A DNA stretch of 64,000 nucleotides, taken from positions 21,824,001-21,888,000 of the forward strand of contig JBHGNT010000006.1 in assembly GCA_043228905.1 (NCBI GenBank). The letters are read 5' to 3'. The DNA is from Azolla caroliniana (Eukaryota; Plantae; Polypodiophyta). Of the stretch, positions 1 through 13,044 are shown one piece after another. Each line of letters opens with the position of its first letter. Within the stretch, counting starts at the first letter, position 1. The notes under the pieces are model-generated. The model was not told the DNA's origin. It saw nothing but the letters and a program-made list of their open reading frames with translations, and made no database searches. The position numbers and the translations under genes were made by a program.

Positions 1-1220
1 GGCACAATGGATTGTGGTATCCTCTACAAGACTGCGATGCCAATACGACTCGAGGGGTACATAGACGCCGATTGGGCCGGCTACAAAGCCGATAGAATAT
101 CAACCTCCGGATTTGTTTTTTCCCTCGACAGCGGAGCAATATCCTGGAGCAGCAAAAAGCAACCAACTGTCGCTCTTTCGAGCACAGAGGCGGAATACAG
201 GGGTGCGGCAGTGGCCACATGTGAAGCCGTATGGCTCAAAAGGATACTCAAGGATATGGGCGTACCCATCAAGGATTCGACTTCCCTTTACTGCGACAAC
301 ATGAGCACTATCTATCTAGCTCGGAACCCGGTGTTCCACGCGCGGACAAAGCACATCGAAGTGCACTATCACTTCATTCGAGAGCGCGTTCTAGCTGGCG
401 ATGTCGACCTACAACACATTAGCACCAATCTTCAAACGGCCGACATCTTCACTAAAGCCTTAGGAGCCGAGAAGCTATGGCAATTCATGGCCGATCTCGG
501 ATTGACAATCCCTGACTTGTCAAGCTTGAGGGGGAGTACTGAAGAGACTACGCAATAACGCGATTTCGCAACCACGCAACAAAGCCGCGAAGAGCCGATC
601 TACCGCACAAACCGCAAAGAAAGACGCAAGCCGAAGCACAGACTTCGTAACTACGCACAACGCAAGCTGGAGTACAGATCCTGTAACTCTGCATAAATGC
701 GAATCGACACGGACTCCGGAACGCAAGTCGAAGCGTATTTTTGGATAGCGTCTGAAACCGACCCGACTTGAGCTTGAGGGGGTGTATTGAGAATCAAGCT
801 CAACTTGGTCTAGTGTGTGAACTCACCTTGAGAGTGAATAGACACTCCAACAGTCAAGAGTCACCATTAAGTCACCACTTTGTATTCTAGCATTTAGTAT
901 GAGTTATAGAATCATATTCTATGACACATAACTTATGAGCTTTCGCATTCCCCATGCTCCATGAGTCTTGTAGTTAATGAAGAGAGAGGGTGACTATATA
1001 AAGCACCCTCCTCCCACCTTGTATTCAATTGTGTCTTTCCCCTTTGTTAATATACTTAACCTTGCGTATACTCTCTCTCTCTCTGTATCTCATACACACA
1101 CACACACAGAGTTCACACATATTCCGCTTCACAAGAATCCATCTCTTGATTGTTTACAATTCCTTACAGTCGATTCATCGCCAACAAGGTTTACTTCGTT
1201 TTGCTCACTGATGAGCAACA
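1..1220 (+). mobile_element. 3' end of a Ty1/copia LTR retrotransposon (RNase H, PPT, 3' LTR ~785-1220), inserted into a minus-strand copia gag
   Basis: ORF 7-558 carries copia RNase H motifs (DADWAG, WSSKKQPTVALSSTEAEY, YCDNMS, HARTKHIEVHYHFIRE, ADIFTK). A purine tract AGCTTGAGGGGG lies at 771-782. The LTR-like segment TATTGAGAATCAAGCTCAAC...GAGCAACA resembles the LTR start at 48708. Confidence 0.85.
7..558 (+). CDS. Ty1/copia pol C-terminus (RNase H), partial
   Basis: Canonical copia RNase H motifs in the translated ORF. Confidence 0.9.
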   Translation: MDCGILYKTAMPIRLEGYIDADWAGYKADRISTSGFVFSLDSGAISWSSKKQPTVALSSTEAEYRGAAVATCEAVWLKRILKDMGVPIKDSTSLYCDNMSTIYLARNPVFHARTKHIEVHYHFIRERVLAGDVDLQHISTNLQTADIFTKALGAEKLWQFMADLGLTIPDLSSLRGSTEETTQ

Positions 1221-2046
1221 ACTAGTCCTCACTTGTTGTGATTGCCGAGGAGTTCTTGTTGTCCGAAATCTTCTTCAGTTGCACACCATCGGCTCCCCCT
1301 TTTTCCTTTCGGAAATGTCGACAATTCTTTTGGAAGTGCCCAAGGTTCCCACAATAGAAGCACATGGGCGTTCCCCTCAACTTCGACCTTGTCCCCGACT
1401 TATCTCGACTTTGGGGACTTCTATTTCGGCCTCTTCCTTGATTTGTTTCACTTTCCATGACAAGGGCCTTCTGGTCAGTATTGGACTATCGGTCCTTCCG
1501 GCGAGCTTCTTCATTCAATAAGCTTGACTTAACCAAACAAAAGTGTTTCCCTTGTGGTCCCACATTGCCTAATGTGACAACCAGCGTCTCCCAGTTGTCT
1601 GGAAGGGATCCCAACAGCAACAATGCTAATACCTCGTTGGCAAGAGGTACTTCTACAGAGGTTGTTTGATTCATCAATCCTTTGAAAGAATTAATGTGCT
1701 CCGCCATGCTGGAGCCGTCTTGATACCAGAGTCTCATGATTTTTTTTGAAAATTGAGACTCTATTCACGACGTTCTTGTTTTCAAACATCATGCCAATCT
1801 TCTTCCAGAGGACATCGACACTCGTCTCTTCATCAAAGTTGTTGTATAGACTCATGTCTAAAACACCTTATATATGTTGCCACCTTCATATGCATGACTT
1901 CCCAAGTCGATGCATCGATCTTGTCTGGACAGTCTTTGCATCAATAGCCAGAGGTCTTTGCACACGATCATGTCTCTCATCTTCAACTTCCACACTGAGT
2001 AGTTGGAGCTGGTTAACTTGAACATGCCGCCGAATGAGTCTTCCAT
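1221..2046 (-). pseudogene. Degenerate Ty1/copia gag (UBN2-type gag plus CCHC zinc knuckle)
   Basis: Frameshifted fragments MEDSFGGMFKLTSSNYSVWK, LLLLGSLPDNWETLVVTL and CFYCGNLGHFQKNC. Confidence 0.85.
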
Positions 2047-2049
2047 AGT

Positions 2050-2059
2050 TCTGATACCA
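2050..2059 (-). other. Primer-binding site (tRNA-iMet type)
   Basis: TCTGATACCA is the reverse complement of TGGTATCAGA, next to the LTR end at 2063. Confidence 0.8.
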
Positions 2060-2292
2060 CTTTGTTGAGAATCAACCGGCCACAACCGTTTCATGATCAT
2101 ATGTGTGTGCAAAGAAATGAGCGAAATAGGTACACAGACAGAAAACAAGGAAAAAACTGAAAGAACCGAGACCCAGATATTTAATGTGGAAACCCCAAGA
2201 AACAGATCACTAAGAAGAAGGAGAAGTACAAATAAGAAACTCAGAGGCAACGACCTCGAGTTCTCCTTCGTCTGACAAACGGCTACAGAGTT

Positions 2293-2295
<3 letters not shown>

Positions 2296-2371
<76 letters not shown>
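2296..2371. repeat. (CT)n microsatellite
   Basis: Perfect dinucleotide run. Confidence 0.98.
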
Positions 2372-2374
<3 letters not shown>

Positions 2375-4048
2375 ATGGGCAGAAAAAAATGGTAAGAGAG
2401 CATATGGACAAGCTGGTTTTCGAAAACACCATAGCACCATTGATCATCTTGCCACTCTTCGAGTATTAATGGAGAAAGTATCCTTAGAGGTAAAGGTTTA
2501 TATTGTTTCTTTGTAGACTTCAAGAAAGCTTTTGATATGGTACCCCATGAGCATCTTTGGAGGCGGATGGAAGAACTTGAGGTGCCAAGTGAATATATGC
2601 TTGCAATTTCCCGAATATATGAGAAGGTTATATGTTGTGTGCATATGAGAGATAGACTTTCACCAACATTATTTGGTCTACACATTGATGAATCAGAAGA
2701 AATGGTTACCAAGTTTGTAAAGGAAGAATGTGTTGAAGAAGTTGCCATTGGGAATGTTGTGATTATGCTTTTGTTATATGCGGATGATGTAGTGCTTTTT
2801 GCAAATACTTCAGGAGATGCACAAAAGCTTATGAAGGCATTGGAAAAAATTTGCATGCATACTAGATTAAGTGTCAATAGCTCTAAAACAATGATTATGC
2901 TTGTGAGGAGTCAAAAAAGAGATAAACTATGCATTATGTACAATAATGAGCCACTTGAATGTGTGGAAAGCTTCAAATATCTTGGCCTTGAAGTTCCTTC
3001 AAATCATAAATGGAATGAATGTGCTACATGTTGCTTAGAGGCGGGTAAGCGAGCATATTATGCATTTGAGAACACATGCAATCTTGGAGATATTAAGTGT
3101 TGGGTCCTCAAGAAATATCTTTTTGACACTTTGGTGTCCTCAGTTCTTCTCTATGGGGTGGAAGTATGGGGCAGTAGCATCCCTAAATCTACATGGATAG
3201 AGTTTGAAAATGTCCAAAAACATTTTCTTACAAAGTTTCTACAAGTTAAGAAACAAACGCCCTACACCCTCCTCCTCCTTGAGACAGTATCGCTTCCCAT
3301 TGAGATCATGGCCATGGAAAGGGTTATTGAATACATGCTTAAGGTTCAAAAAAGCCCCTCACATCGACTTCCTAGAATTGCATGGGAAGCAAGCAAAAAT
3401 ATCCAAAAGACACATAAAAGCAAAATTTTGTGTTCCGATTGGATGCAAGATTTAGAAAAATAGTTTGGTAGATGGGATGCAAGACACTTGCTTCATGATG
3501 CGTCACTAGATTCCTCTGTAAATGAGGCCTTTTTGCAATGCCAATGTATCATGACATGAGACAAATGTGGTGGCTCACGCTTCACACATTATACTGCAAA
3601 TGTTGCACCTAACTGCAAAACCATATTCTTTACGGAACGGGGAAGCCGTACACATCGATACATGTCAGAGTCCATCCCGATATCTGACATTCGAACCATT
3701 GCTTCCATGCGACTTAGCTTGCACGCATTGAGATGTGAGACGGGGCATTGGGGCACAAGTGATGAGAGTGGCCGACTATGCACACTTTTCCCTAAACAAG
3801 TTCGAGAGTCTGAGTATCACACATTGATACAATGCTCTACCTTTGATCATATTTGACCATGCTTCCCACATCTCTTCGATCGAGCCCAATCCTTGCACGA
3901 ATTTCCCTCACAACCACAATGTGCACTCTCGATTGCAACATTCATTGGTAAAGTTCTTGAACATTGAGAGTCACTACTCACCTTCACATGTATCACGTGA
4001 AATGTAATATTTTTGGTCTCATAGGTAATATTTTCCGAAGACGATAAT

Positions 4049-4052
<4 letters not shown>
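2372..4052 (+). mobile_element. 5'-truncated RTE-clade LINE (RT remnant with stops and an internal deletion)
   Basis: FVDFKKAFDMVP, LSPTLFG, LLYADDVVL, FKYLG, VLLYGVEVW and a C-terminal LRCETGHW...ESEYHTLIQC. The GVKQGCP motif is deleted. Confidence 0.88.

Positions 4053-4117
<65 letters not shown>
4053..4117. repeat. (CT)n microsatellite at the RTE 3' end
   Basis: Perfect dinucleotide run directly after the LINE 3' UTR. Confidence 0.98.
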
Positions 4118-4120
<3 letters not shown>

Positions 4121-4571
4121 AGAGGCAACTAACACCAGTCTAATTATACAACAATAATGATCAACTACAACTACTTAAAGTTTGCCCTGGTTTTTTATAT
4201 ACTACAACAACTTTCTAGTGATTTACATACATAGCCCACATGGGGCACATTTCGACTATTTACAAATATAGTCTCCCAAGTTGACAATATCCTCTATTTC
4301 GGTTTCGTCCTCGGCCAAGTTACTCATCAACTTGGCTCTTCTCTTCTCATCCGAAGGGACCTGTTTCCCAACACAGAGGGTAGGGTTCAAGATTCGTTGA
4401 GCCATGGTGTGTACGCGTATATTTGCATTCTTGGGAGACGTGTCTACATGCAAGATCCTTATATAGTTCTAAATGCCCTTCTTCTTCTTCTTTTTTCATC
4501 CCATTCCTAATGGTCATGGATGTCACTATGGTACATTAATGGTACATAATTACAAGTGGGGTCACATTTAT

Positions 4572-4951
4572 TGTGGTATGCGTAAGCCAAGCGTAAATGT
4601 GGAGGACAGGACGACGGCTACAACCGACTCCCTATGATATTATATACTAAGCGTATATCTCGACACAGAAATAACTCAACATAGCTAATTACACATATAA
4701 CATAGGAAGTCAGGCAAAACAGAAACTATATTCTAGAGCTTGTATACCAGAATTTATAAGCTCTATTATAGGTTTTCCATGCCCTTTATATACAAGGTCA
4801 CAGTTGGTTACGCTTGGCCTGTGAACCGTTACATGCATACATAACGCTTCATCGTATTCTAAAGTTGCCCCTATTCGCTCATAATTACACTATGGCCCCA
4901 CTTCCCATGCCTTTTCGAGTTTCCCCACTTGGCCGTCCAAGGCGGCCAACA
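4572..4951 (-). mobile_element. Possible LTR fragment
   Basis: Ends ...GGCCAACA exactly where copia coding sequence begins and has a minus-strand TATA-like GTATATAAAAGGG. No TSD was found, and the left boundary is uncertain. Confidence 0.3.
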
Positions 4952-7744
4952 ATAGTAGCTTTCAAAATGGCAAGTGGAAGTTCTACAAAGGAAGTCTCAT
5001 AGTGGCCCGAGCAAAGAAACGTGCCACTCTATATGTGATGCATGCCTAGCTGTGACAACATGAAGCAAATGTGACAGTCAACTCGAGTGGAGAGATATGG
5101 CATAAGAGGCTTGGCCACATGAGGGAAAAGGGTATGCATATCCTAGCCGACCAGAAACTTCTTCCATAAGTAAAATGAGTGCACTTGGAGAGATGTGTCA
5201 ACTACCTGGTCAGAAAGCAGAACATAACAGCATTCCACTCAAGACCACCAAAGAGAAGAGAAGCTACACTAGAACTAGTACACACAGACGTGTGCTACCT
5301 AGATGCTCCATCACATCATGGCGATTAGTACTTCGTAATGTTCATTGACGACTTCAGTCGAAAGTTGTGGGCTTTCGTACTAAAGTCGAAGGATCAAGTG
5401 TTATCGGTATTCAAAGATTTCCAGGGTAGAGCTCAACGAGAGTCGGGTAAGAAGCTGAAGGTTGTCCAAACCGACAATGGTGGTGAGTACAGAGGACGGT
5501 TCGAAGAGTACTGCAAGTCCCAAGGTATTCAACTCAAAAATGTAGTACCCAAGAACTTGCAGAGAGGATGAAGCGAACAATCATGAAAAGAGTAAGGAGC
5601 ATGTTGTCGCATGCAAGTTGTCGAAGTCGTATTCGACTGAGGCAATGTACATGGCTATTTATTTGATCAACAAGTCTCCCTCAATGCCCCTCAAAGATGA
5701 TGGACCCATAGAGGGTGTGGACAGGCAAAGATGTTGCCTATCAACACTTAAAGGTGTTTGGATGTCTGGCATATATGCATGTAGCAAGTCGAAACCATGC
5801 ATATTCCTAGGGTACTCAGAGGTTGAGTTTGGCTACAGGCTATGGGATCTTCTTGATAAGAAGGTGGTGAGTTGGGATATTGTGTTGATGGAAGACAAGA
5901 CAATTGAGGACTAGAAACAACAGAAGTCAAAACCGGCTTCCCAATCGACTCCCACCAACTTGAACACAAGAACAATCGACCCGACACAGTTGGCTGTGAG
6001 GAGATAGCCAGTTGGAACAACCGAATCCGAATCAGTCGACTCGAAGCAACCAACAAACACATATGAGTCAGAGTCCGAGTTGGCTGACCTACTGAAATCA
6101 ATTGAGGAATACAAGTTGTCGGAGTCGGTTGACCTTCAGCAACCAATCGACACATATGAACCCGAGCTGAATGAAGAGTCGGTAGGAACATCCGAACCTG
6201 AGTTGACAATGGGAGGGAGGAGATATCCATTCAGACAAAGGAGAGAACCCACACTCTACGCCAATCAATATATCCTCTTGACTGATGAAGGTGAACCGGA
6301 ATGTTATGATGAAGCCATAGTTGATGAGCACGAAGAGGAATGGTCGAGTGTAATGCAAGACGAAATGGATTCCTTGCATGAAAATTACACCTCGAATCCT
6401 TCATGTTGGAACACGGGTTGCATAACACACAAGCTTATCATTGTGTGTTTGTAAAAAGGTATGATGAAGGTGACTTCTTGATTCTCCTATTATATGTAGA
6501 TGACATGTTAATAGTCGAACAAGACACAGAGAAAATCATGAGCTTGAAGAAAGCATAGGCAAATCATTTGCAATGAAAGATCTTGGACTTGCCAAACAGA
6601 TTTCGGGGATGCACATAGTTCGAGATGAAACTAACAAGGTGTTATGGTTGTCACAAGAGAAGTATGTGGCAAAAGTCCTAGAAACATTTAACATGTCAGA
6701 AGCAAAGCCATTCGGTTCTGCATTGCTGACAAACAACAAGTTGAATGCCAAGCAATGCCCAAAAGGGGAGACGGACAAGGCCGAGATGAGGAAAGTACCA
6801 TATGCCTCGGCCATCGGCAGTTTAATGTATGTTATGGTCAGTACAAGACCAAACATAGCATTTGTCGTCGGAACAATGAGTAAAATGGATACTTAGGTAC
6901 TTGAAAGGCCTCAAGTATGGTTTCGCAAAACCTATGCTCGAAGGTGTAACCGACTCAAACATGCTAGGGGATGCAGACTCTAGTGAATCCACATCAAGTT
7001 ATGTGATAACCTATGTAAGGGGAGTAGTGTCGTGGCAGTCAAGACTACAGAAGACTGTGGCCTTGTCAACCACAGAGGCCGAGTATATGGCTATTGTAGA
7101 GGCTGGCAAGGAGATGATATGGATGAGGAGTTTCCTCAGTGAACTCGGAATGAAGCAAGGACAATTCTTGCTCCATTGTGACAGTCAGAGTGCAATACAC
7201 CTAGCCAAGAACAATGCATATCACTCTCGAACCAAGCACATACAAAGAAGGTATCACTAGTTACAAGAGAAAGTGGATGAGGAAGAGTTCACCCTCGTGA
7301 AGATTCATACTCATGATAATGGATCCGACATGCTCACGAAGAACCTACCTATGGACAGACTCAGAGTCTGTCGATAGAAGATAGGACTAGCCGAGTTTGT
7401 CCACAGGAGTGAAGCTCTAGTTTGTTAGGAATTTGTCCCTCCTATGGGAGAAGTCGACAGTCGAGGCCTATGAAAGACGTCGGCAGTCGAACAAAGAGAA
7501 GCCAAACACTGGATGGTCGATCGGATCAACCAACTAGTCGACAGGGTGATCGATTGGTTTAGAGGAAATGGTAGTCGATTGTATTGGATAGATAACCCAA
7601 ATGGAAGACAGAGCCAATAAGTCAGGCAAACTGGATAGTCTACATGAGAGTCGACTAGTCGGGCTGACTAGACTCCAACTTGTGTGTGGGTCGGACAGTC
7701 GAGTTCGATTAGCCGATTGATTAACGACTATTATTATTATTATC

Positions 7745-7776
<32 letters not shown>

Positions 7777-8131
7777 TACCTATCTATAAATAGGAAGAAC
7801 TAGGGCAAACTAGTATAGATGAATATAACGAAGTGTTGTATAGGGTTTCTGTTACTGAATATAGCAGATAGTAGGAAGAGAGACGTGAGAGCATGAGAGG
7901 CGCCATAGTTGTGGGATACCAAACACCAAGAGCCATGTGTAGCTGATACACTCTATACGGAGAGTGTTGTAATATGTTCACCCTTTGTATATCTCTGTTA
8001 TAGTGATTCTCTGTTGTCTGTGGTTTTCCCCTGTTTAGGGTTTCCATGTAAAATATTGTGTACTCTGTGCATTTTCTGTTTTCTCATAGATCTACAATCC
8101 AAAACCTCCACATCTTGCTCATTTTATAACA
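4952..8131 (+). mobile_element. Degenerate 5'-truncated Ty1/copia element (pre-integrase, integrase, RT with deletion, RNase H, 3' LTR 7423-8131)
   Basis: WHKRLGHM, FIDDFSRK, TDNGGEY, CIFLGYS, LLYVDDML, MKDLGLAK, SWQSRLQKTVALSTTEAEY and HSRTKHI. A degenerate PPT near 7406-7420 is followed by TGTTAGG...TATAACA. Confidence 0.85.
7729..7776. repeat. (TAT)n/(AAT)n microsatellite within the LTR
   Basis: Direct sequence inspection. Confidence 0.85.
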
Positions 8132-9309
8132 CTTCGGAGCTCTTGAAGATGTATGCAACAATGGCATGAACCATTGCCAATTGTTTCGATTGTGGCATCT
8201 TATCCTTTCATGAGGACTAATTTGACAAAATGTATGTCACAATGTTTCCTTGTCCTTAATCGAGCATTGTAAATGATATAAATTCTTCTTTGTCACCTTT
8301 AATGAGTATTCAACCCTCAACCATGTTACTCCAATGCTTAGTTCTTATCTCATGTTATCTTTATCTTCATATTGTCACATATTCTCTCTCAATGTCACTT
8401 CAACCTGAATCTCAACCTATTGTGAAACTTGAAATATTGACTTCTTTCTCCCTTAATATAGGTCATAAGACATCTATATCTAATTAATTGAATGGATGGC
8501 TAGCAAGTTGAGCAATGAGTTCATGTATTGGAAGTCACAATATTTATCATTTCATGTATTCTTTAAAGTTGTACAATGTATTATAGAAACCCATGAAATT
8601 ATGTTTTTTTCATTGCTAATATGAACCAAGACGGTTTTACATTCCATTTTACAGCCTCTTTGATATTTGTTGTGAAGAAAGAGTTATAATATGGGGATCA
8701 CATGGACTATGTGAAACCATCTAGCAAACCCTAAGTGCTTGGGAGAAGGTTATAGTATTTATTTATTTTTTCGAAAAAAATATACTCCATTGGTATTGAA
8801 ATGAAAATGGCCAAAGGCAATATACAAGACAGTCCAACAATCCAATGTTTGTAGTAAATATAACTCCTTCAAACAAACATGAAGAATAGCCTTCAATACT
8901 TCCTTCGAACTCTTCCGCAGTAAATTATCCACGATCACTAAACTAGTCTTTGACATGCGAAACAAACATAAAGAAAATAATGACTATTATTTTGTGTACA
9001 TGCCAAATAAACATGAAGAATAGTCTTCAATACTTCCTTCGAGCTCTTCCGCAATAGACCATTGACGATCACTCAACCGGTTTTTGATATTATAATTGCT
9101 TTACATTATCTGCTTCTTCCTCAAAGATATGTAGGTTGTAAACCAGTTTTTCATTAACCTGCATTACAAGATCCATGATTGCATGCACTTCAACAATCCT
9201 CTTTATTAGAAGAAGAGAATAATCCATCAATAGTTCGGTTTATCACAACTTTCATACTATCACATTAGCCATGTCGACTTTCAATTTATCATAACCTCAA
9301 AAAAATATG

Positions 9310-12300
9310 CTTCAACCCCCACACCATCTTCACTCATCCTTATCCCACAAAAAATTCCATATGCTTCAATCCCTACCACCACACCAACATCACTCGTCCT
9401 AATGATCAACATAAATTTTCTTCATTCAACCGCTCAAGCTCGCCAACCATCTTGCCATCTCACCAATTTCCATCAACATCCTCTATAGACAACAAAAATT
9501 TAGTGTAAATAGTTTACTCGCCTACTCATTATAATCAGCTTCAACCCCCACACCATCTTCACTCATCCTTATCCCTCGAAAGAATTTGCTTCTTAAGTCC
9601 ACATCAACCATCTCGTCGATTACCACCAAATTCCCGTACAAATAACACCAAAATGAGTATAAAATGTTTTCTCATCCCCTCATATATTTGCTTCAACCCC
9701 CACACCATCATCACTCATCCTCTCGTCATGGCAATATGCTATAAAGATAACTAACTACATGACAAAAATGACCAGTAGATCTTGTTTGCTGCAATCCCTA
9801 AGAAACCTAAAATCTTCTTCATTCCGTCCACATAACATCTCATTGACCAGCTTGCCATGTCGCTGACTACCACCAACATCCACCACACCAACATCACTCG
9901 TCCTAATGATCAACATAAATCTTCTTCATTCAACAGCTCAAGCTCGCCAACCATCTTGCCATCTCACCTATTTCCATCAACATCATGTATAGACAACAAT
10001 AATTTAGTGTAAACAATTTCCTCACCTACTCATGATAATCTGCTTCAACCCCCACACCATCTTCACTCATCCTTATCCCTCAAAAAATTTGCTTCCTAAG
10101 TCCACATCAACCATCTTGCCGATTACCACCAAATTCCTGTACAAATAACACCAAAATGAGTATAAAATGTTTTCTCATCCCCTCGTATATTTGTGTCAGC
10201 CCCCACACCATCATCACTCATCCTCTTGTCATGGCATTAGAATTAGAATTAGAATTTTTATTGTCCATAAAGAGGCCAATTTTGACCTATGGGACCAGAG
10301 TATACTTGTGTTCTTGATATATGTCTCCTTCCTAAGAAGGGGTATTCATATGTTGAAGCACAAAGTCTCTATGTGTTAATAAAGCATACACATATGGGCT
10401 CAACCTTCTAGGTGGTGTCTTAAGTATGGATCTTAAGTTATCACTCCCTCTTAGTATGTCACCATATCTTGAACGAATTGCACTATATGTCGAGCATGTG
10501 AAGAGAAAGTGACATTCATCCTCTACCATACCTTCATTGCATACTTTACATGTCTTCAAATTTGTTACATTTTGATACCATGATGCAACTTCAATACCTA
10601 ACTTGTGAGATCAAGTGCAAAGTAGTGTAAGGGCTCTACGAGCATTGCTACTCATATTGGTAATGAGATAAGGTTGGATACGATCAATAGACATTCTTGC
10701 TTTATATTGAGACCAACATTCAAGGTTGACATTTGCAATGTAGTATTCTAGCTTTTTCCTCTTAGCATCCTTCCACTTCATCCTTAATGATTCCACCAAC
10801 CTTTCCTCAATCATTACATATTGCATAGCATTTCCCAAAAGCTCTAAAAGATCATCCACACCCCATCTTCTAAACCATTTCTTTATGTCAACAACCCAAC
10901 CAGATGAGAGAATCTTACTTTTATGATTCTTTTGTAGCTTACATCCAACATTCCAAGAAAGATGTGGTAATCGATGATTCGGCATATTCTTGACTTTTGT
11001 AATGTATTTATATACTCTTTGGAGTGCTAATAGTTCTATGGGTTGAACACCCATTTCCAAGAGCATAACCTGGTAAGAGGTAGTGCATTTAACTCCTAAT
11101 TGCCTCCTTAAAAACATCTTTTGAATTTTCTCAATCTCATTCCATGCATTAAGAGAGATGGTGCCACCCCATACTTCTACTCCATAAAGCAATACTTGAT
11201 TTACCATGGCATTGAACAACATTAATTTTACTTCCCATCCACAAGTATCACTTTGGTTGCATTGGTTCTCCAAAAGGTAATATGATTTCCAACCAGCTTG
11301 GAGTCTAGAATCAAATCATGCACTCCATTTATTTGTGGCGGGTACATCAATACCAAGATATTTAAAGCTTTTAACAAATTGTATATGTTCACCTTTATAT
11401 GTGAGCATAGGGTAATGATGAGGTTGGATGGTTTGCACTACCATCATTTTTGTTTTCTCCACATTCACTACTAGTCCACTACTATGGCAAAATTCTTCTA
11501 ATACCCCAAGTAAATGTTGCATACTATCAACATCATATGAGAAGAGTACCACATCATCTGCATATAGAAGCAATAAGATAACATGTTGCATCAAATTGGG
11601 GCCATTCCATCCTTCTTCTCTTGCAACCTTATTCACCACTTCTTCTAATTTATCAATACATAAGCCAAAGAGTGTGGGTGATAGTGGACATCCTTGCTTG
11701 ACCCCCATGTTACTTAAAAAGCTCTTTGAGAATCCACTATCCATTTTTAGTTGGCATTTAACTTGTTCATATAGGCGTGCAACCGCAACTCGGTACTCTA
11801 ATGTCATGCCAATGTCTACCATTCTATTCCAAAGCTCACTTCATGGTACGGTATCAAAAGCTTTCTTGAAATCAACAAAACAACAATAAAGTGTTTTTCC
11901 TTGTAGTCGACTCTCTTCCATGATTACTCTTAATGTGACCAAATGATCCATGGTGGAGTGTTTTGGTCTAAATCCGGCTTGCCCAAGTGCTCTTTTGCTT
12001 GTACTCTCAGTCCATTTGCTTATCTTTTGCTCCATAATAGTACTATATAATTTAGCAATAGTTGAGCTCACCATTATTGTACGATAATTTGCTACTTGAT
12101 TCTTATCTCCGCCTTTAAATATTGGTTTAATCCAATTCATAAGCCAATCATTTGGAAATCCTTGTTTTATAGCTTGCTCTAAAATTGTCATTATCCAATG
12201 ACGAGTGTGTGGCATTGTCCATTTTAAAAGCTCACTTGAGACGTAGGTTGAATCTACTGCTTTCCCACTTGCCATCTTCTTTATTCCCTTATTGACATCA

Positions 12301-13020
12301 TCAATATCGATGCATGTAGTGCATGGAGTTTCAATTTTCTCAACCATAGGAGCCACACCTTCATGCATATATAACCTTTGTACATAGTCTAGCATCTCTT
12401 CATTTGTAAAGTGACCTTTCACATCTTCTTTCTTACCCTTGAGTTGTCCCCATGCTAATTTTGGTTTGAGCTTAAACAAGTTTTTCTTTTTCATCTCTTG
12501 CATTTGGAAATATCTTCTTTTCTTTCTCCTCGCTACTTTCTTGTATATGTGCCATGCAACAATCTTTTCATTCCCCCCTTCTATGAACTTAAACCATTTG
12601 AGATACATCTTTACATTCATCGTCGAACCAAGAATTACATGGAAAACTACACACCTTATGCCCACCCACATGTCTCTTAAAGCATTGATATCCAACCTTA
12701 AGAATTATATCCTTCAAATGTTGCCAATTTTCTTTAACATCATTGCTTAGAGAAAAATTTAACAAATGGTTCTCCACTTCATTTGCATACATCTTAGCTT
12801 TTTCGTAGCAAGGTCGGCAATGTGCTATAAAGACAAATAAGTACATGACAAAAATGACAACTAGATCTCGTTTGATGTAATCCCTAAGAAGCCTAAAATC
12901 TTCTTAATTCATCAACATCTCACCGACCAACTTGCCATGTCGGTAACTACCACCAACATCCTGTACGGACAGCAAAAAATGAGTCTAAAAAATTCCTCTC
13001 CACAACAACATCACTTATCC
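9310..13020. repeat. ~503-bp tandem duplication with internal CTTCAACCCCCACACCATC sub-repeats; second unit split by an RTE LINE
   Basis: 9381 aligns to 9885 and 9718 aligns to 10221. Sequence from 12816 onward continues the alignment to ~9730-9885. Confidence 0.8.
10237..12815 (-). mobile_element. 5'-truncated RTE-clade LINE with (TTCTAA)n tail
   Basis: NYRTIMV, QAGFRP, FVDFKKAFDTVP, GVKQGCPLSPTLFG, LLYADD, FKYLG and CKVC...EDECHFLFTC. ATTAGAATTAGAATTAGAA at the left end is the reverse complement of the tail. Confidence 0.9.
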
Positions 13021-13044
13021 TGACAAAAACAGCATATGTTATGT

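Larger units (their letters stand above)
2063..4373 (-). mobile_element. Copia 5' LTR interrupted by an RTE LINE inside its (CT)n tract
   Basis: TG at 2063 is adjacent to the PBS. The other end, CCGAAGGGAC...TTCCCAACA (4373), and an internal CTATTTACAAATATAG match the related LTR at 47246-47718. Confidence 0.7.

Noticed and set aside
1858-2877. 339-aa minus-strand ORF with an (ER)n run
   Set aside because: Chimeric read-through of antisense RTE, microsatellite, LTR and the gag start.
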